Assembly: GCA_013334765.1 (NCBI GenBank)
Contig: JAAXWW010000002.1
Location: forward strand, 87,453-147,824
Direction of reading: 5' to 3'
Origin: Candidatus Moraniibacteriota bacterium
GTDB lineage: Bacteria > Patescibacteriota > Minisyncoccia > Moranbacterales > UBA2206
DNA length: 60,372 bases
Made by a program: the position numbers and the translations under genes. Below, piece by piece: positions 1 through 9,294 of this stretch (within the stretch, counting starts at the first letter, position 1; every line of letters begins with the position of its first letter). A model generated the notes under the pieces. That model was not told where the DNA came from. It saw nothing but the letters and a program-made list of their open reading frames with translations, and did no database searches.

Positions 1-1203
1 CTTCCTTACAATAAGATCCAGAATCATGGCTGAAACAATTACTGACGAAATAACTGTCAGCGGCGTGAATTTTGCCCAGGGATCGCGAAAAATCTTGAAC
101 ATAGGAAAGTTGTTCCACAAAAACATATATATCCCTCCTCCTGGATCACTGATTCCTTTTGAAATAAATATTCCGAAGATGAAAACAATAAGCCAAAAAA
201 ATACTATTCTTTTATTTTTAGCGCTGAACGATCCGACAATACACGCGGTCAGGAAAGACAGGGTTGCGATGAAGAATGAATAGATGATGAATAACGATTT
301 AGCATCGAACGCTTTTGCGAACGGAACATAAGAATGATTCCCATCCATTCCGAACCACCATGCCCAATATCCCATATATCTGAGACCGTTCATTATATTG
401 CTTGTTGATTGGGCAGTTCTTATAGTGGCGAACCCGGTATTCTCTATGATATTCGATGATGCGCCGATCATAGATGGAACCAGCACGACCAGCCACCACC
501 AATTCATCAGAATGAAAATAACTAGCGATACTGAGGAAAAGATAACGCTCTTCCTGATATCCAATCTTCTTGTGATCACTGAAAAGACAAGATACATCAG
601 AATAAGCAGGTAAACCACGGAAACAGCTGGCGGATTTGAAGAAGCTTGAACTATCAGAAGCAGGACTAAATTCAACAGAAACGCATTCTTTATGATTTTT
701 CCATCATCAATAAGTTTTTCAATTACAAGCACGACCAGAGGCAACGCAACCATTATCAGCTTGACGTTGATCGTTAATGCGGTCATTACATGGAAAACAT
801 TGTAAGTATAAAGAATAGAAGCAGAAAAAGCCGCTAAATTTTTGATTTTATAGGATTTGGTTAGAAGTCTGAACATTGACAAAGAGCCGGCTAAATATAG
901 CAAGAAATAGAGGATCCTTTCTACAGCCTGGTAGGAGAAAATGGATCCAAATAGATCCGAAAAGAACATCCAGGGTATATAATTATTAATAGATGTTCCA
1001 TAGCTGCCAAGATTTATCCAATCATTCCATGTGAAATCAGCTGTTTTATGCAAGAATAGTCCGTCATATTGAAACGAGAACTCATCCGCCCCCATCAGGA
1101 AATCAGCCTTGAAGGCATGAAGGATAACCAAAGCATTTATTATTGCCAGCAGGAGCATCCAGAAGATATCCCTCTGAGAAAATTCCTTTATTTTTTTCAA
1201 CAT
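1..1203 (-). CDS. Large polytopic membrane protein, candidate GT-C-type (YfhO/AftD-like) glycosyltransferase. Only the N-terminal 401 codons are present; the 3' end runs off the window.
   Basis: Missing from the ORF track because it has no in-window stop. The ATG is at 1203..1201. My translation (MLKKIKEFSQRDIFWMLLLAIINALVILHAFKADFLMGADEFSFQYDG...) stays open to base 1. It parallels the 891-aa protein at 12118..14793 block for block (GADEFS.QYDG, AVER.LYFLL, QASSNPPAVS, RYMGY..WW, FR[DE]PWAKF.PL). Confidence 0.7.
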   Translation of the reverse strand, partial: MLKKIKEFSQRDIFWMLLLAIINALVILHAFKADFLMGADEFSFQYDGLFLHKTADFTWNDWINLGSYGTSINNYIPWMFFSDLFGSIFSYQAVERILYFLLYLAGSLSMFRLLTKSYKIKNLAAFSASILYTYNVFHVMTALTINVKLIMVALPLVVLVIEKLIDDGKIIKNAFLLNLVLLLIVQASSNPPAVSVVYLLILMYLVFSVITRRLDIRKSVIFSSVSLVIFILMNWWWLVVLVPSMIGASSNIIENTGFATIRTAQSTSNIMNGLRYMGYWAWWFGMDGNHSYVPFAKAFDAKSLFIIYSFFIATLSFLTACIVGSFSAKNKRIVFFWLIVFIFGIFISKGISDPGGGIYMFLWNNFPMFKIFRDPWAKFTPLTVISSVIVSAMILDLIVRK

Positions 1204-1204
1204 A

Positions 1205-2368
1205 TCAGATTATTTCAGCGTACTTTTCAATTACTTTTTCCAGTGAAAAATTATAGGCGAAATGCCTCGCGTCAAATTCATATTCGTCATCCAGATGATC
1301 GGAAAACTCTTTTTGACTGCTAACAATCTTTCCGGAAACACCGTCAATAACTATCTCATTCGGACCTGGAATGTCATAACATAAAACAGGCTTTCCACTC
1401 AATTGAGCTTCGAGAGCTACATAGCAGAATGTCTCCCAATGTGATGGTATTATTACCAAATCAGCTATTTCATAAATGCACAGGACTTTCGAGTGGGGCT
1501 GAGAACCTAAGTAAATGATATTGCCATACTCTTTGGACAAATCGATTATTTTTTCTTTCGATGGACCATCCCCAACTATGATGAACTGGTAATTATTCTC
1601 TTCTTTGTTCTTCTCTTTAATAATATCGACCAAATCGTCAACTCCTTTCTGCTCTTCCAGCCTTCCAACGAATAATATTTTTCTTTTTTCCTCAACGATT
1701 CTGGGTATTTTCCAGTCCTCTTTTTCAGATTTAAATTTATTTAAATCAATTCCGTAAGGAATATACTTTATTTTCTTCCGCTCAATTCCAAAATGGCTTA
1801 TGAGCAATTCTTCGTCAGCCTTATTGGAAACTATAAGTCCGTCATATTTTTTGAGCAATGACTCATATATGATTCCCAAATAGAAAAAGTTATGCACTTT
1901 TGCCCGGAATGTGTTCGCCTCAGGATATCTTATCGATGTGAAAATGACACAATAATTCTTTTTTGATTTCGGAATCAGCAATCTGAACAGCAGCATGTCT
2001 ATCAGCTCATTCTTAACCAGCATCGCATCGCATTTTTGAGTCAATGATCCGATCTTCTTCCTGAAAGCAGAGAAGGGAAGAAAAATACCGGCATTGATAA
2101 CTTCAACAGGAAAATTCACCCTATTGTCTTTCACTGGATATTTCCCCACTTCACTGAGCAGCTTCTTGCATTCAGAGAATGAGATATTTCCAAGCACAAA
2201 TCCGATGATTATGAAAATTCTCAGAAAAATGCGGAAATCCCCAATATAAACAAATTCCTGTCCGGATTCCAAGAATTTATTTCCTATATCTATGATGTAA
2301 TTCTCCGCTCCTCCCTGATAGGTAATCCTATTGAGATTAAAGAAGGCTATTTTTTTCATTTTAATCAA
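1205..2368 (-). CDS. Glycosyltransferase, GT-B fold (family 4/1-like)
   Basis: 387-aa ORF. C-terminal GT-B signature FVGRLEEQKGVDDLV and E-x7-E (SHWETFCYVALEAQLSGKPV). Confidence 0.8.
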   Translation of the reverse strand: MIKMKKIAFFNLNRITYQGGAENYIIDIGNKFLESGQEFVYIGDFRIFLRIFIIIGFVLGNISFSECKKLLSEVGKYPVKDNRVNFPVEVINAGIFLPFSAFRKKIGSLTQKCDAMLVKNELIDMLLFRLLIPKSKKNYCVIFTSIRYPEANTFRAKVHNFFYLGIIYESLLKKYDGLIVSNKADEELLISHFGIERKKIKYIPYGIDLNKFKSEKEDWKIPRIVEEKRKILFVGRLEEQKGVDDLVDIIKEKNKEENNYQFIIVGDGPSKEKIIDLSKEYGNIIYLGSQPHSKVLCIYEIADLVIIPSHWETFCYVALEAQLSGKPVLCYDIPGPNEIVIDGVSGKIVSSQKEFSDHLDDEYEFDARHFAYNFSLEKVIEKYAEII

Positions 2369-3497
2369 ACTTTATCTTTTGCCCCTCTCCGCAACGGAAA
2401 CATGCCGGAACATTCTCCTTTCTTTGCGATTTTATCCTGCGAAACATTTTCCATTTCGGATCATTCCAAATTTTCAAGAATTTCCGCTCCTTTATATTGC
2501 CTACGTTGAATTCCATGCAAGGCGAAACGTTGCCATCCGGACGTATGATTGCGGAAAACCATGGTGTCATGCACTCGGAATGCAAGTTCGGATATTGATA
2601 AGGAGCGGCATAATATTTTTCAACATCCAAATCGAATCCCTGGGCAATACTAGTATGCACGCCCTTGAAATTCTTTATTTCATCAACCATTTTTTTGAGT
2701 CCTGGGATGTCCAATTTAAATTCCTTTTCCGTCTCCATTCCAGTAATATACTCGGATCCTATGCCATGTTTTTCAACGAATTTCTTCTGATCATTCCTTA
2801 TTTCAGGAGTATAGAACATCAAATGCCCGAAATTAGCCTCATCAACTCCCAGCCTCTTGGCAGTCTCCAAAACATGCCGCGAAGCATAAGGATTTTCCGG
2901 ATCTATTATCCCGACTAGCTTTATATGAGGGCAAGGCTTTGCTCCCCGAGCTTTCTTCAGGTTTTCGACTCCGCGCAACACGCTCTTATATGCGCCAGGA
3001 ATTCCGCGCGACCTGTCATGCGCCGCTTCATCACCATCCAATGAAATGGAAACGAAATCGATTCCTGACTTCACGATGTCGGAAGCCAGCTTTTCTTCAA
3101 GAATACTGGCGTTAGTTGTCATAGCAGTAATCATGCCTTTCTTTTTGATGTATTTGATCACCTCAACCAAATCATCTCGAAGAGTCGGCTCTCCTCCGCA
3201 GAAATATATGGCGGGCTTGTATGGGGATACCTCGTCAATGATACGCTTATAGTCATCAAGTGTCATTTCTTTAGCCAACTCTTTCTTCATTTCTTCCGGA
3301 GCATGCGCGCTGCAGCGATAGCACCTGTAGTTGCAGCGTTTGGTTATGAGAAAGGTAATGAAATCAGGACAAAGGCTCCAGCCGCTTTTCAGATTATATT
3401 CCAAGCGGCTTTTCCTTCTCAGCATGTGAACTCCCTGAATGAGAGCAGCCTCAGGATTGGCCATTGCTATTCTTGCTATTTTTTTTATCGATGGCAT
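2361..3497 (-). CDS. Radical SAM protein with SPASM/twitch-type C-terminal Cys motif
   Basis: CX3CX2C in ITKRCNYRCYRCSA and GGEPTLR. C-terminal CX12GX4C (CMTPWFSAIIRPDGNVSPC) plus CX2C (PACFRCGEG). Overlaps the downstream GT by 8 nt. Confidence 0.85.
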   Translation of the reverse strand: MPSIKKIARIAMANPEAALIQGVHMLRRKSRLEYNLKSGWSLCPDFITFLITKRCNYRCYRCSAHAPEEMKKELAKEMTLDDYKRIIDEVSPYKPAIYFCGGEPTLRDDLVEVIKYIKKKGMITAMTTNASILEEKLASDIVKSGIDFVSISLDGDEAAHDRSRGIPGAYKSVLRGVENLKKARGAKPCPHIKLVGIIDPENPYASRHVLETAKRLGVDEANFGHLMFYTPEIRNDQKKFVEKHGIGSEYITGMETEKEFKLDIPGLKKMVDEIKNFKGVHTSIAQGFDLDVEKYYAAPYQYPNLHSECMTPWFSAIIRPDGNVSPCMEFNVGNIKERKFLKIWNDPKWKMFRRIKSQRKENVPACFRCGEGQKIKFD

Positions 3498-3549
3498 ATT
3501 TTAAAATTTCCTAATAAGTGGATCGAGTTAAGGCGAGCATACTATCAGG

Positions 3550-4719
3550 TCAGGTTTCAATTTCGTTCTCCATCAGTCCGTTCGCCAATTCCACGATCTC
3601 CTTAGCATGAATCTCCCACGAATAGCTCCCTTTCACCTTTTCCCAGGCCGCCCGACCCATTTCGGCAGCAAATCCCTTGTCAGACAGGAATTTCCCCAGC
3701 AGCTTGATTATCTTTTCAGTATCCCTTTCTTTGGTGAAGAATCCTTCCTTTCCCGATTCGAAAAGATTGCAGACTCCTTGTCCTTCCGGAATGATGAACG
3801 AACACCCGCAAGCCGCTCCCTCGAGCGCCGGCATGCCGAATCCGCGATCGTCATTGGTCTGCAGGATCAACCGGGCGCGCGAAAGATAGCCGTTCAGATC
3901 CTTTTCGCTTATGCTGCCCAGCACTTCCAGCCTATCTTCCATCCCTCTGGATTCAACCATTTCCCGGAAGCTCTTCTCATATTCCTTGTCGAGCCAGATG
4001 CCGCCCATCTTGATCCTGAGTTCTGGCATCTTATCTAGGAGATCCAGGATATATTCCGGATTCTTTCCCTGCTTCCAAGCCGTCATCATGAACACGAACT
4101 CCTCCTTGTCCGGATTTATGGCTGCCTGAGGATAGACGGAAGGATAGAGGATACGATAATCCTTGCCAGTATTCCTGACGAATTCCTCGTGCGCGTCTCC
4201 GCCTAGAAGCACCATCTCGGAATTCCTGATGAACAGGCTGTCAAGACGCAGGCCGATCCCATATAGCAGCTTGTTGAAAGCGCCAAGGACGCCTTTGGTA
4301 TAGACCCTCTTTACGATATAGGAAATCGGATCCCAGATGAACTGGATATATCGGATCTTTTTCTTCTTTAGGCGTAAAAGGAAGAAGGTCAAATATGACT
4401 CATGATTTATGATGAGGTCCCATTCGCCTTCCTTGACATATCCCGGAAGATATAGCGGATAGAGCAGGTGGCAGAAATTCCAGACGGTGAAGAACGGGAC
4501 TTTCCTGTTGACCCGCAGGTATTTCGGCAGCCTCTCAGCAAGACGCACGATCGGGATGTCTCCCGCTATCTCGCTGTATCTGTTCTCTTCTCCCCAGTCG
4601 GAAAAGACCAGAAGCTCCGCGTCCACTCCGAGCTTCCTGAGATTCTTCACTTCCTCGATGGAAATCTTCCCGATCCCGCCGAATATCTCGACTGAATTTA
4701 TCAGCACTCCGATTCTCAT
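3550..4719 (-). CDS. Glycosyltransferase, GT-B fold (family 4/1-like)
   Basis: 389-aa ORF. The C-terminal half has the GT-B donor-binding pattern (RGFGMPALEGAACGCSFIIPE). Confidence 0.75.
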   Translation of the reverse strand: MRIGVLINSVEIFGGIGKISIEEVKNLRKLGVDAELLVFSDWGEENRYSEIAGDIPIVRLAERLPKYLRVNRKVPFFTVWNFCHLLYPLYLPGYVKEGEWDLIINHESYLTFFLLRLKKKKIRYIQFIWDPISYIVKRVYTKGVLGAFNKLLYGIGLRLDSLFIRNSEMVLLGGDAHEEFVRNTGKDYRILYPSVYPQAAINPDKEEFVFMMTAWKQGKNPEYILDLLDKMPELRIKMGGIWLDKEYEKSFREMVESRGMEDRLEVLGSISEKDLNGYLSRARLILQTNDDRGFGMPALEGAACGCSFIIPEGQGVCNLFESGKEGFFTKERDTEKIIKLLGKFLSDKGFAAEMGRAAWEKVKGSYSWEIHAKEIVELANGLMENEIET

Positions 4720-4954
4720 TTGTTTTTGCGTTAATCCATTATGTCAGAACAACGCTTATATTCTAGCAAGCTTTGGTTATTTCTCCAAAATATGCCCGGA
4801 ATCGGAAAACAGATCGATCGTATGATTTTTCATCTTAACTAAAGGTAAAAATTGACTGGAAGCGCATAAAAAACCCCTTTATATTTGACATTATCGGTAT
4901 TCTGTGCAAGGATTGAAAGTCACTGAAACGATGTTCCTAAAAAAGGAGGCTCCT

Positions 4955-5707
4955 ATGCCCGAGGTAGTTGTTGTCACGACGACTTTTTACGGAAGCACCG
5001 CCGAACCGCGGTTCGGACTCACCTGCAAGACCATCGAATTAGCCAGGCAAGCGGGCCGCGTTGTCGTAGTGGTCGACGGATCACCCGATCCCTCGATCGC
5101 GGACACGTTCAGGGCGTTGGGCGCGCTGGTTTTTCCCCAGGAAAAACCCGGCATGGGAGCGTCCCGCCGGCAAGCGTTCGGCTGCGCCATCCAGCATCTC
5201 CGGGACATCGGCGAGCCGAAAGGTGTCGTATTCTGGACCGAACCGGAAAAGCATGACATCATCCGGTTCATCCCTGAGATCGTCGAGCCCCTCGAAAGCG
5301 GCGCTCTGGTGGTCATCCCGAATAGGAGCCAAGCAAGCTGGAAAACCTATCCGGAATTCCAGGTCGTTTCCGAACAGGCAGCCAACGCTGCCTATGCCCG
5401 GCACACTGGGCGCGAGGGCTACGACCCGATGTTCGGACCGGTAGCCTTCCTCGTCACGCCGGAAATCGAGAATCTACTGCTCAACTTCGACCCGGAAAAG
5501 CACGGTGTGCCGGACACATACGTACAGCATTACATCCCTCTCTTCCTGACGGGCGAAACGGTGGCTTCCGTCGAGGTGGACTTCGTCTACCCTCCCGATC
5601 AGCGAGAGCAGGAAGAATCTGCGGATAACGAGGAAATCCGCAAAAAGCGGGCGTGGCAGCTCGAGACGCTTGTCAAAGCCTACGAGATTCTGGGCAAGGC
5701 CGCCTAG
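4955..5707 (+). CDS. GT-A-fold-like (family-2-like) glycosyltransferase candidate; function uncertain; compositionally foreign
   Basis: The ORF is open from 4904, but the ATG at 4955 sits 5 nt after a strong SD (AAAAAGGAGG, 4941-4950). The beta-alpha start PEVVVVTTTFYGS and VVVVDGSPD are reminiscent of GT-A. The gene is much more GC-rich than its neighbours and is followed by a perfect terminator. Confidence 0.55.
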   Translation: MPEVVVVTTTFYGSTAEPRFGLTCKTIELARQAGRVVVVVDGSPDPSIADTFRALGALVFPQEKPGMGASRRQAFGCAIQHLRDIGEPKGVVFWTEPEKHDIIRFIPEIVEPLESGALVVIPNRSQASWKTYPEFQVVSEQAANAAYARHTGREGYDPMFGPVAFLVTPEIENLLLNFDPEKHGVPDTYVQHYIPLFLTGETVASVEVDFVYPPDQREQEESADNEEIRKKRAWQLETLVKAYEILGKAA

Positions 5708-5730
5708 AAGATGTTCGACCAATAAGCGAA

Positions 5731-5772
5731 GCGCCCTTCCGACCACGCATGGTCGGAAGGGCGCCTTTTTTT
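5731..5772. terminator. Rho-independent terminator shared by convergent genes
   Basis: Perfect 14-bp stem gcgcccttccgacc / ggtcggaagggcgc with loop acgcat, followed by T7. Lies between the stop of 4955..5707 (+) and the stop of 5794..6732 (-). Confidence 0.85.
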
Positions 5773-5793
5773 ATCCTTCAAGAATATAAGATA

Positions 5794-6732
5794 TCAGCGA
5801 GTTTTCAGGTAATACCGAACGGTTCTTTCCAATCCTTCTTCCAAGCTTAACTTCGGTTCCCAGCCTATTTCCTCCCTGATCTTTTCTGCTGAAATCAGCC
5901 GGCGTTTCGCTCCTTCAGGCTTGTCCATATCGAAGATTATCTTCTTTTCGCTTTTCAATATTCCCTGGATTATCCTGACAATCTCTTTGAAGCTTACTGC
6001 CTGTCCGCTGCTCACATTGAACAGGCGCATACCTTTTTCGCCATTCACCAGGGAAATCAGCGCATCGCATACATCTCCAACATAAGCAAACGTCCTTTCC
6101 TGATTGCCGCTTCCCCAGATGACGATCTCCTCATCTTCGACCGCTTTGCGGATAAGCGAAGGAATCACCTGGGCATCAGGCCCAAAATCATCATATTTTC
6201 CAAAAAAATTGTCGCAGCGAGCTACGGAAACGGAAAGTTCTTGATTATCCATGCTCAAGGCGCGGGCATTGATCTCCAGTGCTATCTTCGAAAGGGCATA
6301 AGCGTCTTTCGTTCCAAAATTAACAGGATCGACCTCGGAGATGAAATCTTCCTTGGACTCATATACGGTGACGGAGCTCGGAATGACTAATGATCTCACG
6401 CTACTGTGCCTGACTGCTTCCAGGAACGTTCCGGACATGAGGATGTTCCTCGAAAAGACTTCCAGCGGATGATCCAAATGATATTTGAAATTCTTCTTGA
6501 ACGATGCCAAATGAAAGCAGACATCGATCCCTTTGACCACATTCTCCGAGAAGCCGCGATCCATGAGATCGCCTTCAACTATCCTGACGTTTTCGAGATT
6601 GGAAAAAGCGTCGCTCCCTCCGATCGAGGCCACAACCACCGACCCAGCCTCCGCGGCCAGTTTAGGTACGAGATTCTTTCCCAGAAATCCCGTGCCACCC
6701 GTCACCAGTATTTTCTTGCCGCTGATGCTCAT
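5794..6732 (-). CDS. NAD(P)-dependent epimerase/reductase of the GDP-L-fucose synthase / GDP-L-colitose synthase (Fcl/ColC) type
   Basis: Rossmann motif ILVTGGTGFLG and YxxxK (YALSKIALE). C-terminal blocks VIPSLIRKA..IVIWGSGNQERTFAYVGDVCDA and FDMDKPEGAKRRLISAEKI..GWEPKLSLEEGL resemble E. coli Fcl as I recall it. Sits directly downstream of gmd. Confidence 0.65.
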   Translation of the reverse strand: MSISGKKILVTGGTGFLGKNLVPKLAAEAGSVVVASIGGSDAFSNLENVRIVEGDLMDRGFSENVVKGIDVCFHLASFKKNFKYHLDHPLEVFSRNILMSGTFLEAVRHSSVRSLVIPSSVTVYESKEDFISEVDPVNFGTKDAYALSKIALEINARALSMDNQELSVSVARCDNFFGKYDDFGPDAQVIPSLIRKAVEDEEIVIWGSGNQERTFAYVGDVCDALISLVNGEKGMRLFNVSSGQAVSFKEIVRIIQGILKSEKKIIFDMDKPEGAKRRLISAEKIREEIGWEPKLSLEEGLERTVRYYLKTR

Positions 6733-6735
6733 GGA

Positions 6736-8076
6736 TTATGGGAAAATCTTATTTATATTCTTGAGATCATGCTCCATCATGGATCCAGCCAGATCCTTGA
6801 ACTTTATCTTCGGCTCCCAGCCCATCTTCTCCCTAGATTTCTTCGGATCGCCGATGAGAAGATCCACTTCCGCAGGGCGGAAATACCGCGGATCTATTTC
6901 GATGATAGTCTTTCCAGTGTTCCTGTCTATCCCCTTCTCTTCCAGCCCGCTTCCTTGCCATTCGATATCCATGCCGGCATGCTTCGCGGCCTCCTCGACG
7001 AATTCGCGGACGCTGTGCGTCTCGCCGGTTGCCAAAAGATAGTCATCGGGCTTCTCCTGCTGAAGCATCCGCCACATGCCTTCCACATAGTCCTTGGCAT
7101 GACCCCAGTCCCTCTTGGCGTCAAGGTTCCCGAGATATAGCTTCTCGAGTTTACCAGCCTTTATGCCAGCCAGTCCGATCGTGATTTTCCTAGTCACGAA
7201 GTTCTCCCCTCTTCTTTCCGATTCGTGATTAAAGAGGATGCCGTTGCAGGCGAATATGCCATAGCTCTCACGATAATTCACAGTCAGCCAATAGGCATAT
7301 ACCTTGGCGCAGGCATAGGGAGAACGCGGATAGAAAGGCGTCTTCTCGGTTTGAGGAATCTCTTGGACTTTTCCGAACATCTCACTGCTCGATGCCTGGT
7401 AGAATTTGATGGGATATTCGGCATCACGGATCGCCTCTAGGAGCCTTAGCGTCCCAAGTCCCGTAGTATTGCCTGTGAATTCAGCCAAATCGAAACTTAT
7501 CCGCACATGGCTCTGCGCTCCAAGATGATAGATCTCGTCAGGCTTTACTTTGTTTATTATGTGCCTTATTGAGGTGCTGTCAGTAAGATCACCATAGTGC
7601 AAGGTTATGTCATATTTATGGATATGAGGATCGATAAACAAATGTTCGATTCGCTGCCGATTGAAAGTGCTGACCCTTCTCACGATTCCATGCACTTCAT
7701 ATCCCTTCTCGAGAAGAAGCTCAGCCAGATATGATCCGTCCTGTCCGGTTATTCCAGTAATGAGCGCCACCTTCCTGGATCTTGCCTCAGAATCTCTTTT
7801 GCGGCCTTCCGGCTTCTCTACGCCCGAATCACTTGAGGAATCGCGGCTTTCCTCGTGATTCGACTCGAGCTTTCTGCTGAAAGACGCGTAGGCATGGACC
7901 AGATAGATGAAAGCCGCCATCTCCAAAGACATAAATAGAAAGACTGCCACATTACCGCCGGAACTCCCCCTCCCGACAGTTTGCGGAGTAATCAAGACAA
8001 GCGCAAACAGAAGCGCAGCGACAGCTGCCAGTACAGCCTTTCTTCTTTTTTGGTTTTCCATGTACATATATTGCAA
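6736..8076 (-). CDS. gmd: GDP-mannose 4,6-dehydratase with a ~100-aa N-terminal extension containing two hydrophobic helices
   Basis: The core starts at [33 protein letters not shown]. Also [27 protein letters not shown] and [19 protein letters not shown]. The extension reads [18 protein letters not shown] ... [21 protein letters not shown]. Confidence 0.9.
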   Translation of the reverse strand: MQYMYMENQKRRKAVLAAVAALLFALVLITPQTVGRGSSGGNVAVFLFMSLEMAAFIYLVHAYASFSRKLESNHEESRDSSSDSGVEKPEGRKRDSEARSRKVALITGITGQDGSYLAELLLEKGYEVHGIVRRVSTFNRQRIEHLFIDPHIHKYDITLHYGDLTDSTSIRHIINKVKPDEIYHLGAQSHVRISFDLAEFTGNTTGLGTLRLLEAIRDAEYPIKFYQASSSEMFGKVQEIPQTEKTPFYPRSPYACAKVYAYWLTVNYRESYGIFACNGILFNHESERRGENFVTRKITIGLAGIKAGKLEKLYLGNLDAKRDWGHAKDYVEGMWRMLQQEKPDDYLLATGETHSVREFVEEAAKHAGMDIEWQGSGLEEKGIDRNTGKTIIEIDPRYFRPAEVDLLIGDPKKSREKMGWEPKIKFKDLAGSMMEHDLKNINKIFP

Positions 8077-8120
8077 ATACGCTTAGTTAATTATTTCATG
8101 ACTTTCTCTGTGCCCGACAA

Positions 8121-9293
8121 TCACTTTTCCAGTATGCCGCACAGTATCCTCAATTCATCTTCCGTGAGTTCCGGATTGTTTCCGAAATAGAATCCGTTCT
8201 CATGCACCAGCTCCGCATTGCCGGACACGCGGGTTCCTCCGGCATATTTCCTGTAAAAAGGCTGCTTGGAGATATCACCGGCGATTATCGGCCTGGTCTC
8301 CACCCCGTTTTCCTGGCATTTCTTCCGGTACTTCTCCGCCAGTGTCCTGCTTTTGCAGATTACTGGATAAGCGAAATTGGAAACCAGTTCCATATGGGAA
8401 AAATCCAACGGGAAAAAATCATCATTCTTCCTGGCTACATAATTGAAAAGCTTGTAGTTGCCTTCCCGCCTGAACACAATCTCATCCAGATAACCGAGCT
8501 GGGCATTTCCAAGAAAGCCGTTGATCTCAGTCGGCCTTGCATTGAAAGCCAAGTCATAGAAAGTATATTTGGCATAAAAATCATCGACGCCGTTTTCTCT
8601 CCTGAGCCTGTCTTGCTCCGTTCCAGGAAGATTCCTGTCCCAGCCATGTATGCGCGTCATCAGAAGCATGTTGTGCAGTTCGTCGTCATCAGTACATATC
8701 ATCCCTCCCTCGATCGTGGACATGTGATGCCCAACAAAAAAGGAGAAGGTCGAAGCCTCACCAAAATTCCCCAGAAGCCTGCCGCCCGCCTTAGACCCCA
8801 GCGATTCGCAGTTGTCCTCGAGAAAAACAACTCCTTTCGCTTCGCACATGCTCTTTATTTTTCCGATATCGTCGCAGAATCCAAGCGTATTCGTCAGAAA
8901 AAGCCCTTGAAGATCTCCGATCTTCTCTTCCAAATCGCGCGGAGAAACATTAAGCGTGGAGAGATTTGAGTCCAGCGGTACAGGAACGAGTCCGAGCTGT
9001 ATGAGAGGCATTACGTTCGTGGACCAGGTCAATGAGGAAAATCCGACCTTGTCGCCTCTCCTGAGCCGATCCAGATTGAGGAGAGCCTGGATGAGGACCA
9101 GATTGGCGGCGCTTCCACTGGTCACGAAGACAGCGAATCTTCTTCCTTGCTTCTTGGCGAAATCCTCCTCGAATTTGCGACACTCCCGATCCATGCTAAA
9201 AAGAGAGGCGTCCCGCACGAATGCGGCCAGCCCCTCTCTTGTTTCTTTTTCTTTGTAAAAAGCCGACTTTATCAACCTCACCCTGATATCCAT
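8121..9293 (-). CDS. DegT/DnrJ/EryC1-family PLP/PMP enzyme, ColD/E1-like sugar 3-dehydratase candidate
   Basis: TSGSAANL and LEDNCESLG. Where aminotransferases carry the Schiff-base Lys, this protein reads FFVGHHMSTIEGG (His-His). That is the hallmark I recall for GDP-4-keto-6-deoxymannose 3-dehydratase ColD. Adjacent to gmd. Confidence 0.65.
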   Translation of the reverse strand: MDIRVRLIKSAFYKEKETREGLAAFVRDASLFSMDRECRKFEEDFAKKQGRRFAVFVTSGSAANLVLIQALLNLDRLRRGDKVGFSSLTWSTNVMPLIQLGLVPVPLDSNLSTLNVSPRDLEEKIGDLQGLFLTNTLGFCDDIGKIKSMCEAKGVVFLEDNCESLGSKAGGRLLGNFGEASTFSFFVGHHMSTIEGGMICTDDDELHNMLLMTRIHGWDRNLPGTEQDRLRRENGVDDFYAKYTFYDLAFNARPTEINGFLGNAQLGYLDEIVFRREGNYKLFNYVARKNDDFFPLDFSHMELVSNFAYPVICKSRTLAEKYRKKCQENGVETRPIIAGDISKQPFYRKYAGGTRVSGNAELVHENGFYFGNNPELTEDELRILCGILEK

Positions 9294-9294
9294 A

